Shown here in pieces: positions 1 through 8,101 of a stretch of 42,962 nucleotides of DNA. The notes below the pieces were generated by a model, which was given only the letters and a program-made list of their open reading frames with translations, did no database searches and was not told the origin of the DNA. The translations under genes were made by a program, and so were the position numbers. Source of the DNA: a virus. The DNA is taken from IMG/VR virus record IMGVR_UViG_3300031965_000065; one strand, given 5' to 3'. Position 1 is the stretch's first letter. Every line of letters starts with the position of its first letter.

Positions 1-127
1 TTGACAGGAATATATAAAACAAACTAAACTGAACTAATGGAAAATACATGGAACACAATAATTGTTGCCGCAACTTCTTATGTACTAGGAGTAGCAACAG
101 GATATTACGGTTGCAGTCTTGTTAAGG
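1..127. repeat. 127-bp terminal direct repeat (second copy 42836..42962): circular or terminally redundant genome, probably an assembly overlap
   Basis: Bases 1-127 (ttgacaggaatatataaaac...cagtcttgttaagg) are identical to the last 127 bases of the window. Confidence 0.95.
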
Positions 128-315
128 GTGGAAAAATTTATGTTGACGGTGTTAAATTTGATTACAGGAACGTAGTAATATTAGTTGTAAGTATTGGCTG
201 GCTGGCTTCCGTATTGGTGTCAGTGGCTAACCCTGCCTTCAAGGTTGACATAGCCCTGCACGGACTAATGGGCGCAATCGTGGGATATTTTTTCAAACAA
301 AAACAAAATGAATAA
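37..315 (+). CDS. small membrane protein, holin-like candidate
   Basis: 92 aa with two hydrophobic helices (IIVAATSYVLGVATGYYG; VVILVVSIGWLASVLVSVA). First gene of the cluster containing the CHAP lysin. No homology claimed. Confidence 0.6.
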   Translation: MENTWNTIIVAATSYVLGVATGYYGCSLVKGGKIYVDGVKFDYRNVVILVVSIGWLASVLVSVANPAFKVDIALHGLMGAIVGYFFKQKQNE

Positions 316-748
316 ATATACAACAGCTTTATTTTTCGCAACAGTTTTTAGTTTAGTAGGATATTTTCTTCCGAAAGCATACTTTGAGTTTTCTGATCCA
401 AAGGTGTTTTATGAAATAGAAAGCCCACTATCTGTTCAACCAGAAAGAATAGGGGTTTGTCAAACAATAGTTATGTCCGGAAGGGTAAAATCTAACGTTG
501 TACTTGAAGCCAACGCACAAAGGGAATTGGTACTTGTTGATGTTGACGGAGAAGAAACTGTTGCTAAGTTTGTGCAAAAAGTTGACTTAAATACCACTTC
601 AGGTGAGTGGGTTTTCTTCAAACAGGAAGTGGAAATACCTTGTGATATAGACACAGGAATTTATTTTTTCAGGGGCAGGGTGGACTTCAGGGTTCACGAA
701 TCTTTGAAGTCGGTTGAGTTTTATACCGAAACATTTGAAGTAATATGA
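308..748 (+). CDS. N-terminally membrane-anchored hypothetical protein
   Basis: 146 aa with an N-terminal hydrophobic segment (ALFFATVFSLVGYFL). Overlaps its neighbours by 8 and 4 nt (translational coupling). Confidence 0.6.
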   Translation: MNKYTTALFFATVFSLVGYFLPKAYFEFSDPKVFYEIESPLSVQPERIGVCQTIVMSGRVKSNVVLEANAQRELVLVDVDGEETVAKFVQKVDLNTTSGEWVFFKQEVEIPCDIDTGIYFFRGRVDFRVHESLKSVEFYTETFEVI

Positions 749-1581
749 AAGAAAAAGTACAAAGGTTTATAGACAATATAGGTGGAAACTTCGTTGAGAT
801 TTCATACCGCGACGCCCTGTATCAGTGTATGGATTTGGCTTATGCGTGGGTGTTTGTGTTAGATATACCAAAATCCACAATTCAGCAAAGTCACGCTTAT
901 AAAGTTTGGGATCAACCGCGAGCAATCACAAGGGAATATTTTGACCTTCTTGAAAATACTCCGAGCTTTGTTCCGACCGCCGGCGACGTTGCAGTCTTCA
1001 GAAAATCAATAAACGGAACTGCCGGACATATTGCAATAGTCGCAGACAACAACAGCGACGTAAACGGAATGAATGTTTTTGAACAAAATTTTCCGCTTGG
1101 CGCTAACCCTCGTATCCGCAGAACAAACTACAACCACGTTGCCGGATTTCTTAGACCAAAGACCCAAGTTGTCCCTCAACCCGAACCGATCATTGAAGAC
1201 GATACAGTAATTCCGCAGATCATTGACGACAACGGAAACGCCATGCAAGTCCACGCTATCCGGTCAACAATCAACGACACAAAGCGAGATTTGAAGTCTT
1301 GTCAGGACAGCACCCAAGCGCGGATCAACGAAGAAGTTGAAAAAGAACGCGCAAAACAACTAGCAGATTGCAACAATAGGGTTGAAACAGCCAAAAATGA
1401 GGTTAAAACACAGTATGAGGGCAAATTAGCAGAACATAAGACTGAGTGCCAAGAAGAAATTAAGAACCTTAAATTTGAGCCTGAAAAAATGGTTTGGAAA
1501 AAAGCCAAAGACCTTCCGGCTTCCACGCTATTTGTTTTTGCAATTAAAAACTTGTTAAAACTTAAGAAGGGGGGTGAATAA
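745..1581 (+). CDS. CHAP-domain peptidoglycan hydrolase (endolysin) with coiled-coil/hydrophobic C-terminus
   Basis: Catalytic Cys motif YQCMDLAYAW, then GDVAVF...AGHIAIV (His) and VFEQNF. This is the arrangement seen in CHAP lysins such as staphylococcal phage K LysK (YQCMDLAVDY / GHIAIV / LEQNW). Confidence 0.85.
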   Translation: MKEKVQRFIDNIGGNFVEISYRDALYQCMDLAYAWVFVLDIPKSTIQQSHAYKVWDQPRAITREYFDLLENTPSFVPTAGDVAVFRKSINGTAGHIAIVADNNSDVNGMNVFEQNFPLGANPRIRRTNYNHVAGFLRPKTQVVPQPEPIIEDDTVIPQIIDDNGNAMQVHAIRSTINDTKRDLKSCQDSTQARINEEVEKERAKQLADCNNRVETAKNEVKTQYEGKLAEHKTECQEEIKNLKFEPEKMVWKKAKDLPASTLFVFAIKNLLKLKKGGE

Positions 1582-1584
1582 TTT

Positions 1585-2706
1585 ATGACTACTAGAATGA
1601 TTTCAGCCATGAAATTTTCTAAAGACAGGATGAACAACTTCATGTCCGTTGACGAAATGAATCAACTTCTTGATATTTTCAAAGACGCAGGTGCAACCCA
1701 TGTCGAAGTAGCTTCTGTTATTGGACATCCCAAGTTTGTTGAATATTCAAAACAATGGGCTGATGCAATTCACAACAAAGGAATGAAAGTGACTTGGCGA
1801 TCCGCGCACGCAAACATGGAAGGGCTTTATGGAATGGAAAAGTTTGTCGGTGGAAACAGAAAACCGGCACAGTTTTGGATTGATGAAGCGGTAAAAGCAG
1901 CAACCGATCTAGGAAGCATTGTAAAGTCCGGCGACGAGTGGGCAATTTACCCCGAAAGAACCGAAGGAGTATTTTCAGACGGTTCTGCTTGGATTTATGA
2001 AGGACTACCGTCAAGTTACGGTAAGTTCTTTGTCGATATGCACGAAGCCTGTGAGGCAGTTTTGCCAACAGGAGTAAAGATTGGTTTATCAGCAAATAAC
2101 GCTTCTGAATTATTGAGTGGTTGGATGCCAGCAAGTTTGATTAACCAAAGTGGTTTGGCGGTTGTCGACCATTACAAAGACGGCGATCCAAACGGTTATG
2201 AAGCGGACATTCGAGCTATTAAAAGCAGATACAACAAGCCAGTATATGTTCAGGAAGGTGCACCGCACAGATTTACTAAACCGACAAGAGCACAAGCAGA
2301 TGCCTACTTTGCAGTTAATAAAAAGTTAGCTGATGAAGGAGTGCTTGAAGGATTTGGAAGTTGGTCAGGTTGGTCAGGAACACCTGAAAGCATAGTTGAT
2401 AAGGTTAATGGTGTTTATAAGTTGAATGAAAGCGGAGAATCTTTGAAGGCATGGTGGGGTAACGAACCCACACCTGATCCAGAACCAGAGCCGACACCCG
2501 AACCCGAACCAGAACCTGAGCCAGAACCTGAGCCAACACCTGAACCCACACCCGAACCAGAACCAACGGTTGAAAGAATCGTCTATGCAGAAGGTGTGAA
2601 CGTAATAGTCGCGGTTAGCAATAAGGGCAATCTTTGGAGATATAGTGGAAAGCCTAAGAAATGGAAAAAAATGCCACTACCGGACTTTGAGGGGGGTGAG
2701 GAGTAA
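1585..2706 (+). CDS. glycoside-hydrolase-like (TIM-barrel type) protein with Pro-Glu/Pro-Thr linker and small C-terminal domain
   Basis: 373 aa. Alternating beta/alpha-like pattern with candidate catalytic Glu residues (IYPERTEG, YVQEGAP). Strong SD AAGGGGGGTGA lies 10 nt upstream. Sits in the lysis cluster. Function is inferred only. Confidence 0.5.
   Translation: MTTRMISAMKFSKDRMNNFMSVDEMNQLLDIFKDAGATHVEVASVIGHPKFVEYSKQWADAIHNKGMKVTWRSAHANMEGLYGMEKFVGGNRKPAQFWIDEAVKAATDLGSIVKSGDEWAIYPERTEGVFSDGSAWIYEGLPSSYGKFFVDMHEACEAVLPTGVKIGLSANNASELLSGWMPASLINQSGLAVVDHYKDGDPNGYEADIRAIKSRYNKPVYVQEGAPHRFTKPTRAQADAYFAVNKKLADEGVLEGFGSWSGWSGTPESIVDKVNGVYKLNESGESLKAWWGNEPTPDPEPEPTPEPEPEPEPEPEPTPEPTPEPEPTVERIVYAEGVNVIVAVSNKGNLWRYSGKPKKWKKMPLPDFEGGEE
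2464..2568 (+). repeat. low-complexity (PE/PT)n linker-coding repeat
   Basis: Encodes EPTPDPEPEPTPEPEPEPEPEPEPTPEPTPEPEPT from reiterated gaacc(a/c/t) units. Confidence 0.9.
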
Positions 2707-2885
2707 TGAGTATCTTATCCTTTATATTGGTGCTACTCGTAATAGGAGTAGCCGTTTACGGTGTAAAGCTCGCGATCGCTGGTAACTGGAAACAGTTGCT
2801 TTATTTGGCGTTAGGTTTATTTGTTGCAATAATTATTTTAGGAATGTTAGGAATTAGACTTCCTGACATACCGACAATACAGTAA
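2706..2885 (+). CDS. 59-aa two-helix membrane protein (below the ORF-track length cutoff)
   Basis: The ATG shares one base with the preceding TAA stop, and SD GGGGGGTGAGGAG lies upstream. Translation: MSILSFILVLLVIGVAVYGVKLAIAGNWKQLLYLALGLFVAIIILGMLGIRLPDIPTIQ. Confidence 0.6.
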   Translation: MSILSFILVLLVIGVAVYGVKLAIAGNWKQLLYLALGLFVAIIILGMLGIRLPDIPTIQ

Positions 2886-2980
2886 TGAAATATATTAAAT
2901 ATGTTTTTATTGTGCTTAGTGTGTTGTTAGTTTTGTTTGTTGTTTTCGGCTTTTGGAAAGCCGGAGTAAGGTTGTTTTAA
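2885..2980 (+). CDS. 31-aa single-helix membrane peptide
   Basis: TAATG overlap with the previous ORF. Translation: MKYIKYVFIVLSVLLVLFVVFGFWKAGVRLF. Confidence 0.45.
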   Translation: MKYIKYVFIVLSVLLVLFVVFGFWKAGVRLF

Positions 2981-3001
2981 TTAAATAAGGGGGGTGATTT
3001 T

Positions 3002-3271
3002 ATGAATAAAAGCGGAACACCGATAGTTGAAGCATTTAGGGAAATGGGAAGATATATTCTTCTTGGCATTGTAGCTTGGCTGCTTGCAGGTGGAATTGAG
3101 GTACTTCTCGGCTTCTTTGAAGCCACGTTATCCTTTGAAATTAGAAGCGTGATTATAACCCTGTTGACTATCGCACTAAGAGGGGTTGATAAGTATATGC
3201 ACTTGGAAGGAAAGTCACAATCAACTATTGAGAGAGAATCTATTTTACTTAAGGGTTTAACGAGGTTCTAA
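3002..3271 (+). CDS. small membrane protein, holin-like candidate
   Basis: 89 aa. SD AAGGGGGGTGA lies 7 nt upstream. Hydrophobic helices: YILLGIVAWLLAGGIEVLLGFF and IRSVIITLLTIAL. Confidence 0.65.
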   Translation: MNKSGTPIVEAFREMGRYILLGIVAWLLAGGIEVLLGFFEATLSFEIRSVIITLLTIALRGVDKYMHLEGKSQSTIERESILLKGLTRF

Positions 3272-3371
3272 AAAACACGAAGCAGATACTTAAACGAAGT
3301 ATAAACCGCTTAGAGCTACATTTATATTCGTCATTTCTCCGCTTCGCATGCAACCATATTGAACGATAATT

Positions 3372-3734
3372 ATGAGCAAGTCAAGACAACGCAAGGGCGA
3401 CAAAGCACAAAAACTAATAGCAAAATTTTTTAAGGATTCCGGATATTTGGTTGAAATACCTGTTCGTAGTAAATGGCACAGAGAAGACTTTTTCAACGCT
3501 TGGGATATTATTGCGATCAAAGAAAACGAAATTCGCTTCATTCAGATTTCCACGGTGGCTTTCTATCGCAGGGGTATTGAATACAAAAAGAAACTTGCAG
3601 ACTTTCCTTCCGGACACTGGTCAAAGGAGTATTGGTGGGTTAAAGAAAATGATAATATTCAAACATGGCAAGGGAACGATTTATCAGAGGTAAACAAGAC
3701 GACGCTAAGCACGTTGGCAAATACCACAACGTAA
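3372..3734 (+). CDS. hypothetical protein, weak Hjc/PD-(D/E)XK-nuclease-like pattern
   Basis: GDKAQKLIAKFFKDSGYLVEIPVRS...DFFNAWDIIAIKENEIRFIQIS resembles the G..E...G(Y/F).V.R...DIIA....E.K layout of archaeal-type resolvases. The E-x-K triad reads Q-I-S here, so activity is doubtful. Confidence 0.4.
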   Translation: MSKSRQRKGDKAQKLIAKFFKDSGYLVEIPVRSKWHREDFFNAWDIIAIKENEIRFIQISTVAFYRRGIEYKKKLADFPSGHWSKEYWWVKENDNIQTWQGNDLSEVNKTTLSTLANTTT

Positions 3735-3833
3735 AGGCTGAGCAAGCAGCACAACACCACTTGGACGAAGAATTAAATAAACTTCCCAAACTGCCGGCGA
3801 AGATACCACCCAAAATTAAACAAGAAACTTCTC

Positions 3834-4034
3834 CTACCTTGACTGATTAAACTTCCTATCAAACACCGCCCTTGCTTCTTTAACAGAAACACCAACACTT
3901 AACCGACTGTGTTTTAGCGATTCTTCCCATGCCTCATCAATTTTGTCCTGATACAACCTCATAAGATCGTTAATGAAGGGTTGTCGGGTCGGCATTGAAT
4001 ATTTAATTAGCAATTGTGATATTTTGTTTCTCAT
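3834..4034 (-). CDS. hypothetical protein (last gene of leftward operon)
   Basis: 66-aa ORF with a 4-nt overlap to the upstream RRM gene. Confidence 0.5.
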   Translation of the reverse strand: MRNKISQLLIKYSMPTRQPFINDLMRLYQDKIDEAWEESLKHSRLSVGVSVKEARAVFDRKFNQSR

Positions 4035-4318
4035 TGGTCTAATCGTGGGCGCGGTCTTTCCGGACGCGCTTTTTTAACAACAATGTTTCTTTTGTTAAAA
4101 TCAATTCCGTCAAACTTTTTAATTGCGGTTTCAACTTCTTCTTCAGTTTCAAACTCAACAAAACCAAAACCTCGTGACCTGCCTGTGTCCCTGTCTAGTA
4201 TGACAGCAGCGGAAACAACGTTACCGACTTCACTGAAAAATCCTTTCAAAGCCTCGTCGTTAATCGACCACTCAAGATTACCAACGTAAATTTTATTTTG
4301 GTTATTCATCATGTTCAC
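4031..4318 (-). CDS. RRM-type (RNP-1/RNP-2) RNA-binding protein
   Basis: RNP-2 IYVGNL and RNP-1 RGFGFVEF at canonical spacing. Basic tail ARPERPRPR. About 90 aa, like bacterial single-RRM proteins. Confidence 0.85.
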   Translation of the reverse strand: MNMMNNQNKIYVGNLEWSINDEALKGFFSEVGNVVSAAVILDRDTGRSRGFGFVEFETEEEVETAIKKFDGIDFNKRNIVVKKARPERPRPRLDQ

Positions 4319-4334
4319 AATGTTTCACCTCTTT

Positions 4335-4970
4335 TCATTTTTTACTATATCCAAAGTTGATAAAATCTTCAGAATAAAGCTCACCGACAATTTTCCGTGT
4401 TTCTGGTGTATAGAACCTGTTATATCCAGTAAACGGTGCAGATTTATTGCTTTTGTTCCGGTGGGGCAATTCAAATTTATAGTTAATCATTTCACAAACC
4501 CTTAACCAGTCCTCTTTCAAGTTTTCAAACCGACCAAGAAAATCAACTTCCAATTTGCCATTCCAAAAAAGATATTCACTCATTGTCCAAAGTTGTTGGC
4601 GTTTTGCTTGACCCTTGTTTGTGCTTAAGCGTCCCCCTTTTTCAATGATCTTGCGGTATTTAATCAAATCGTTTTTAACAAACTCATCAAAATTTTCCGG
4701 ATTTGCCCAACCCAAATTCAAAATACAGGAAGCAACCCTATCGTAGGGATCGCGAACAAATGAAAACCTGAAGGGAAGACTTTTGTGAAAATCTGTTGTG
4801 GGTGGACGATCGGGCGTTGCGTTTTTAAGAATAAAAGGCGCTACGCTCATTGAAGCACCGCCGGTTTTGGGAATATGAATAAATAAAGCACGCTTAGCAA
4901 AATCACTGAAGTCCGATATTGTAGAAACTTTTGATTCTTCTGATTCACCTATATAACTGTCCTTTGCCAT
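4335..4970 (-). CDS. sulfotransferase (Sulfotransfer_2-like), paralog B
   Basis: PAPS 5'-PSB loop FIHIPKTGGASM. 3'-PB motif FVRDPYDRVAS. C-terminal VDFLGRFENLKEDWLRVC...LPH...YTPETRKIVGELYSEDFINFGY. Confidence 0.8.
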   Translation of the reverse strand: MAKDSYIGESEESKVSTISDFSDFAKRALFIHIPKTGGASMSVAPFILKNATPDRPPTTDFHKSLPFRFSFVRDPYDRVASCILNLGWANPENFDEFVKNDLIKYRKIIEKGGRLSTNKGQAKRQQLWTMSEYLFWNGKLEVDFLGRFENLKEDWLRVCEMINYKFELPHRNKSNKSAPFTGYNRFYTPETRKIVGELYSEDFINFGYSKK

Positions 4971-4973
4971 AAT

Positions 4974-5594
4974 TTATCTTTGATAACCAAACAACTCAAA
5001 ATCTCTTGCATAAAACTCACTAACAATTTTCTTTGTTTCCGGTATGTAAAAATCCATATAGTCTGTACCATACATTCTACCCCTAACTTGGTGGGGTAAG
5101 TCAAACTTAACCCCAACATGATCGCAAACCTTTCGCCAGTCTTCCTGTAAATTTTCATACCTGCCCACAAAATCCAACGCCGGCGTTTGACCAATACAAA
5201 CAAAATCTGTCATGGGTCTAAGCGGAACAAAATCTCTCAACCGGTCTTTGTGGTTATAAACAAATTCCGTAAACCTATCTTTGATTGGCTTAATTGAAAC
5301 TCGATCCAAGTTCTCATCACCTAATTGCCGCAACAATTCAAACGGCAGGGCTTCGCGAATCGTGTGTCCCAACATTCCTGAAACAAATCGTTCATACGGA
5401 TTTCTTACAAAGGCAAACTTCCAAAGATCGTCCAAAGATAAATCCTGAATTGAAATTAAATACTTTGCAAAATATTCCATTTCCGCGTGTTTATGTCCAT
5501 GACTTTGCAAAAACGGCGCTTGTTCCATTGAACTACCGGCGGTCTTCGGGATATGTATAAAAAGTATTTTATGTTTTGTGTTTATTAAACTCAT
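4974..5594 (-). CDS. sulfotransferase (Sulfotransfer_2-like), paralog A
   Basis: FIHIPKTAGSSM, FVRNPYERFVS, LDFVGRYENLQEDWRKVC...LPH...YIPETKKIVSEFYARDFELFGY. Only 3 nt separate it from paralog B. Confidence 0.8.
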   Translation of the reverse strand: MSLINTKHKILFIHIPKTAGSSMEQAPFLQSHGHKHAEMEYFAKYLISIQDLSLDDLWKFAFVRNPYERFVSGMLGHTIREALPFELLRQLGDENLDRVSIKPIKDRFTEFVYNHKDRLRDFVPLRPMTDFVCIGQTPALDFVGRYENLQEDWRKVCDHVGVKFDLPHQVRGRMYGTDYMDFYIPETKKIVSEFYARDFELFGYQR

Positions 5595-5806
5595 TTTGTT
5601 AGCGCTTCTGCAAACGCTTTAAGTGCTGCGTGAACGGCTTTGCCTATTTGTTTTTGATTGAAATTTCCCTTACCCTCAAACTGAGTAACGTCCCCGAAGG
5701 CGTGTTCTTTCTCCATGTCAGTAAAACTGACCACAACATAATCAGATTTGTAAGCAGACCTGATTAAAAACTGTCGTAGTGTTTCTTCGTGTTTTTTAAC
5801 TTTCAT
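5591..5806 (-). CDS. hypothetical protein
   Basis: 71-aa ORF with 4-nt overlaps to both neighbours. Confidence 0.55.
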   Translation of the reverse strand: MKVKKHEETLRQFLIRSAYKSDYVVVSFTDMEKEHAFGDVTQFEGKGNFNQKQIGKAVHAALKAFAEALTK

Positions 5807-6120
5807 AAATATTTTGTATTAGTAAACTTGCTTGTATCACCGCCGGCGTCTATATATTCCTGAACTCTTTTGTGAACCTTATTATGTTCTTCAACTGTCA
5901 TTAGTTCCAAGTTTTCAATATCGTTGTTCCCACGATCGCCGTCAATATGGTGAATGATCTCGTCCGATTTCAAATGTCTTCCCAAGTGTTCTTCCATTAC
6001 CAGCCGGTGTTTCAAAACGTATTGATGTTTGGGTTTGAAATGCGCCACCGCAGGGTGATCTGGCGCTTTCACCTTCACATATCCGGTTGATTTGTCTGTA
6101 TATTCACCTTTTACCTTCAT
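5803..6120 (-). CDS. HNH endonuclease
   Basis: [12 protein letters not shown]...[29 protein letters not shown] (H-N-H with the HH.DG..NN..NL pattern). Confidence 0.85.
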   Translation of the reverse strand: MKVKGEYTDKSTGYVKVKAPDHPAVAHFKPKHQYVLKHRLVMEEHLGRHLKSDEIIHHIDGDRGNNDIENLELMTVEEHNKVHKRVQEYIDAGGDTSKFTNTKYL

Positions 6121-6346
6121 AAATTCCTTCGCCTATTTTTTCTATTCTTAAAACCTTTTTCCGCGATTGCCATAATAATCCTAAAAACAAGTAAAACAAC
6201 AAGCGCGCAAATCGCAAAAGTTTGATCTTCCATTTGTGTATAAGTCTTCTCATTTTACGTTTTCGTCGGCGTGATTTATACGTTCCCCTTTTTTTATATG
6301 GGTTGTTAGGATCACCACCGAACCCTGTCCAATCAGCTTTCCACAT
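6104..6346 (-). CDS. hypothetical basic protein with one hydrophobic helix
   Basis: 80-aa ORF with an RRRKRKMRR stretch followed by [11 protein letters not shown]. Overlaps the HNH gene by 17 nt. Confidence 0.4.
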   Translation of the reverse strand: MWKADWTGFGGDPNNPYKKRGTYKSRRRKRKMRRLIHKWKIKLLRFARLLFYLFLGLLWQSRKKVLRIEKIGEGIYEGKR

Positions 6347-6372
6347 ATTAATTTCCTTTCTTAACCATAGGG

Positions 6373-6792
6373 TTATAATAAATGTCTAAGGATACCCTGG
6401 GCTTTAAGATAACTAACTGATTTTTCTAATAAGTTAGAGCTATCTCCAAAAAAACCTAAACCCTTATTACAAGATGAACATAACAACCCTCTGATTTTTC
6501 CTGTTTTGTGGTCGTGGTCAACTATCAATGTTTCTTTTTTCATACAAATGGCACATAAATAGTTTTGCTGTTTACAAAGGTTGTCATATTCTTGCAAAGT
6601 GAGTTTATATTCTCTTCTAAGTAATCCCTTCCTGTTAGCCAAAGTTTCAGCCTCTCGGTTAATTGCCCTATACTTGCGTTTATATTCGTTAATCTTTTCT
6701 CTATTTTTGATACGATAGGCTCGTTTCCATTCCTTAATTTTCTCCTTATTACGATAATAGTATTTTGATTGACTTGGGTATTTAGTTTCCAC
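6373..6792 (-). CDS. recombination endonuclease VII family protein
   Basis: CAICMKK..LIVDHDHKTGKIRGLLCSSCNKGLGFF is the Endonuclease_7 zinc/HNH-like signature. The gene looks AT-rich by eye. Confidence 0.85.
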   Translation of the reverse strand: METKYPSQSKYYYRNKEKIKEWKRAYRIKNREKINEYKRKYRAINREAETLANRKGLLRREYKLTLQEYDNLCKQQNYLCAICMKKETLIVDHDHKTGKIRGLLCSSCNKGLGFFGDSSNLLEKSVSYLKAQGILRHLL

Positions 6793-6818
6793 ATATCTAT
6801 TATATCATAATTCCTTAT

Positions 6819-7550
6819 TTAGCCCTGGGAGGAATTAGACGCTCCTTTCGGTTTGTTGGCTTGATAAAATGCAGCTGCAAATCCTGCCGGTGTAATACTT
6901 CTTCGTGCTTGTTTATCCAACTTACCAAACTGCTCTGGGTGAATATCTTTTGAACGCATATAATCAAATTTAGGTAGTGTCTGTGAATTGGTCTTGTGTT
7001 TTTCAATCTGTTCTTTGGTTAAGACATCATCCATATTTGTGATAGTTTTTATCGGCTCATTGAAGTATCCCCATAATGCTGTTCGTTTCTTGTAAGCATC
7101 ACCAAATTCCCAAGGGTCAAAAACAAATTTTGGATTACCTAAAAACCACTTCAATCTTCCATACCAAGGATTTTCTAATGCCCAAAACTTTAACGGTGAA
7201 TACTTTTGTTGGTCTGACTTTGTAGCGTATTGACACATATAAACTACAGCCAAACAACCCAACACTGTTTTCATACCCTCTCTTAAATCTCTCGGTGTTT
7301 TGGCGTTTGTCCTGGCATCTGAAAACATAGTGCAGGGCGGAGCTGCAAGTATCCCGTAAACTTCATCTATATTTACATCCATGTGGGTTTTTCTATTAGG
7401 GTTGTAAAAAACCAATTCGTTATTAAGTCTGCCGGTTAAAGTGACATCCCATTGTGGTAGGGTAATTACCCTCACATCAAAGCCGGCATCTTTCCAGGGC
7501 TTACTCCAAGCTCCTGTTCCACCGCATAAGTCTAAGATTATATTTTGCAT
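6819..7550 (-). CDS. short DNA (cytosine-5)-methyltransferase-like protein
   Basis: Motif I ILDLCGGTGAWS, motif IV AAPPCTMFS, motif VI WALENP, KKRTALWG, and C-terminal RRSITPAGFAAAF. Only 243 aa, so it has a very small or absent target-recognition domain. Confidence 0.7.
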   Translation of the reverse strand: MQNIILDLCGGTGAWSKPWKDAGFDVRVITLPQWDVTLTGRLNNELVFYNPNRKTHMDVNIDEVYGILAAPPCTMFSDARTNAKTPRDLREGMKTVLGCLAVVYMCQYATKSDQQKYSPLKFWALENPWYGRLKWFLGNPKFVFDPWEFGDAYKKRTALWGYFNEPIKTITNMDDVLTKEQIEKHKTNSQTLPKFDYMRSKDIHPEQFGKLDKQARRSITPAGFAAAFYQANKPKGASNSSQG

Positions 7551-7552
7551 AG

Positions 7553-8101
7553 TTAAAATAATTTCTCCTGTGTAAAATCACCAATCTTTTGTTCCTTGTT
7601 GCCATAAACATTGAATTGAAATACATCTTTGCCTTGTTGTTCCATAATGTAGCGTTTGACTGCGTCTTGTGAGACATGACCTGCCGAACCAATGTAGTAA
7701 CCTCTTGCCCAAAGAAACGGAAGCTCTTTGTAGTGAAATTTGTATCCCAAATAAAGTAAATATGAAAATGCTTGTCTTGCTCTCCTTGAAGTGTTGCCTT
7801 TTAATTTTCTAACAATCTCGTAAGGTGTGTGGGTTGGCAATGCTGAAACAAAGAGGTGAATATGGTCAGGCATTACCTCAAGTGCCAACATCTCTAGTCC
7901 TTGCTCAATACATTGCTCTTCAATAATCTGCTTCAAGAACGGAACTAACTTGCCAATTAAAATCTTCTTCCTGTATTTTGGTATCCAAATAATGTGGTAA
8001 TTCAGGTTGTGTTTGGAATGGCTACTGCTTTTGACACCAGAAATCTTGACCTGTATATCGTAGGTCTTTGGGTTGAAATGTGGGTATTCGTTTTTTGCCA
8101 T
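7553..8101 (-). CDS. tnpA: IS200/IS605-family Y1 (HUH) transposase TnpA
   Basis: YHIIWIPKYRKKIL, HUH motif MPDHIHLFV, WARGYYIGSAG and the Tyr helix VKRYIMEQ. Confidence 0.88.
   Translation of the reverse strand: MAKNEYPHFNPKTYDIQVKISGVKSSSHSKHNLNYHIIWIPKYRKKILIGKLVPFLKQIIEEQCIEQGLEMLALEVMPDHIHLFVSALPTHTPYEIVRKLKGNTSRRARQAFSYLLYLGYKFHYKELPFLWARGYYIGSAGHVSQDAVKRYIMEQQGKDVFQFNVYGNKEQKIGDFTQEKLF

Noticed and set aside
1-36. TTGACA at position 1 as a promoter for the lysis cluster
   Set aside because: No acceptable -10 hexamer lies at 16-19 nt spacing. The region is only a 39-nt junction within a continuous late operon.
3272-3371. Search for tRNA or other structured RNA genes in the larger intergenic gaps (3272-3371, 12262-12397, 15863-16000, 26479-26560)
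   Set aside because: No cloverleaf-compatible acceptor/T-arm pairing or GTTC-type T-loop was seen by eye. Only simple hairpins are present. tRNAscan or Infernal would be needed for a definitive negative.
3665-3850. 61-aa ORF overlapping the end of 3372..3734 by 70 nt in the -1 frame (possible frameshift extension)
   Set aside because: There is no slippery heptamer, no SD and no recognisable motif. It also runs into the convergent minus-strand gene at 3834, so it is treated as probably non-coding.
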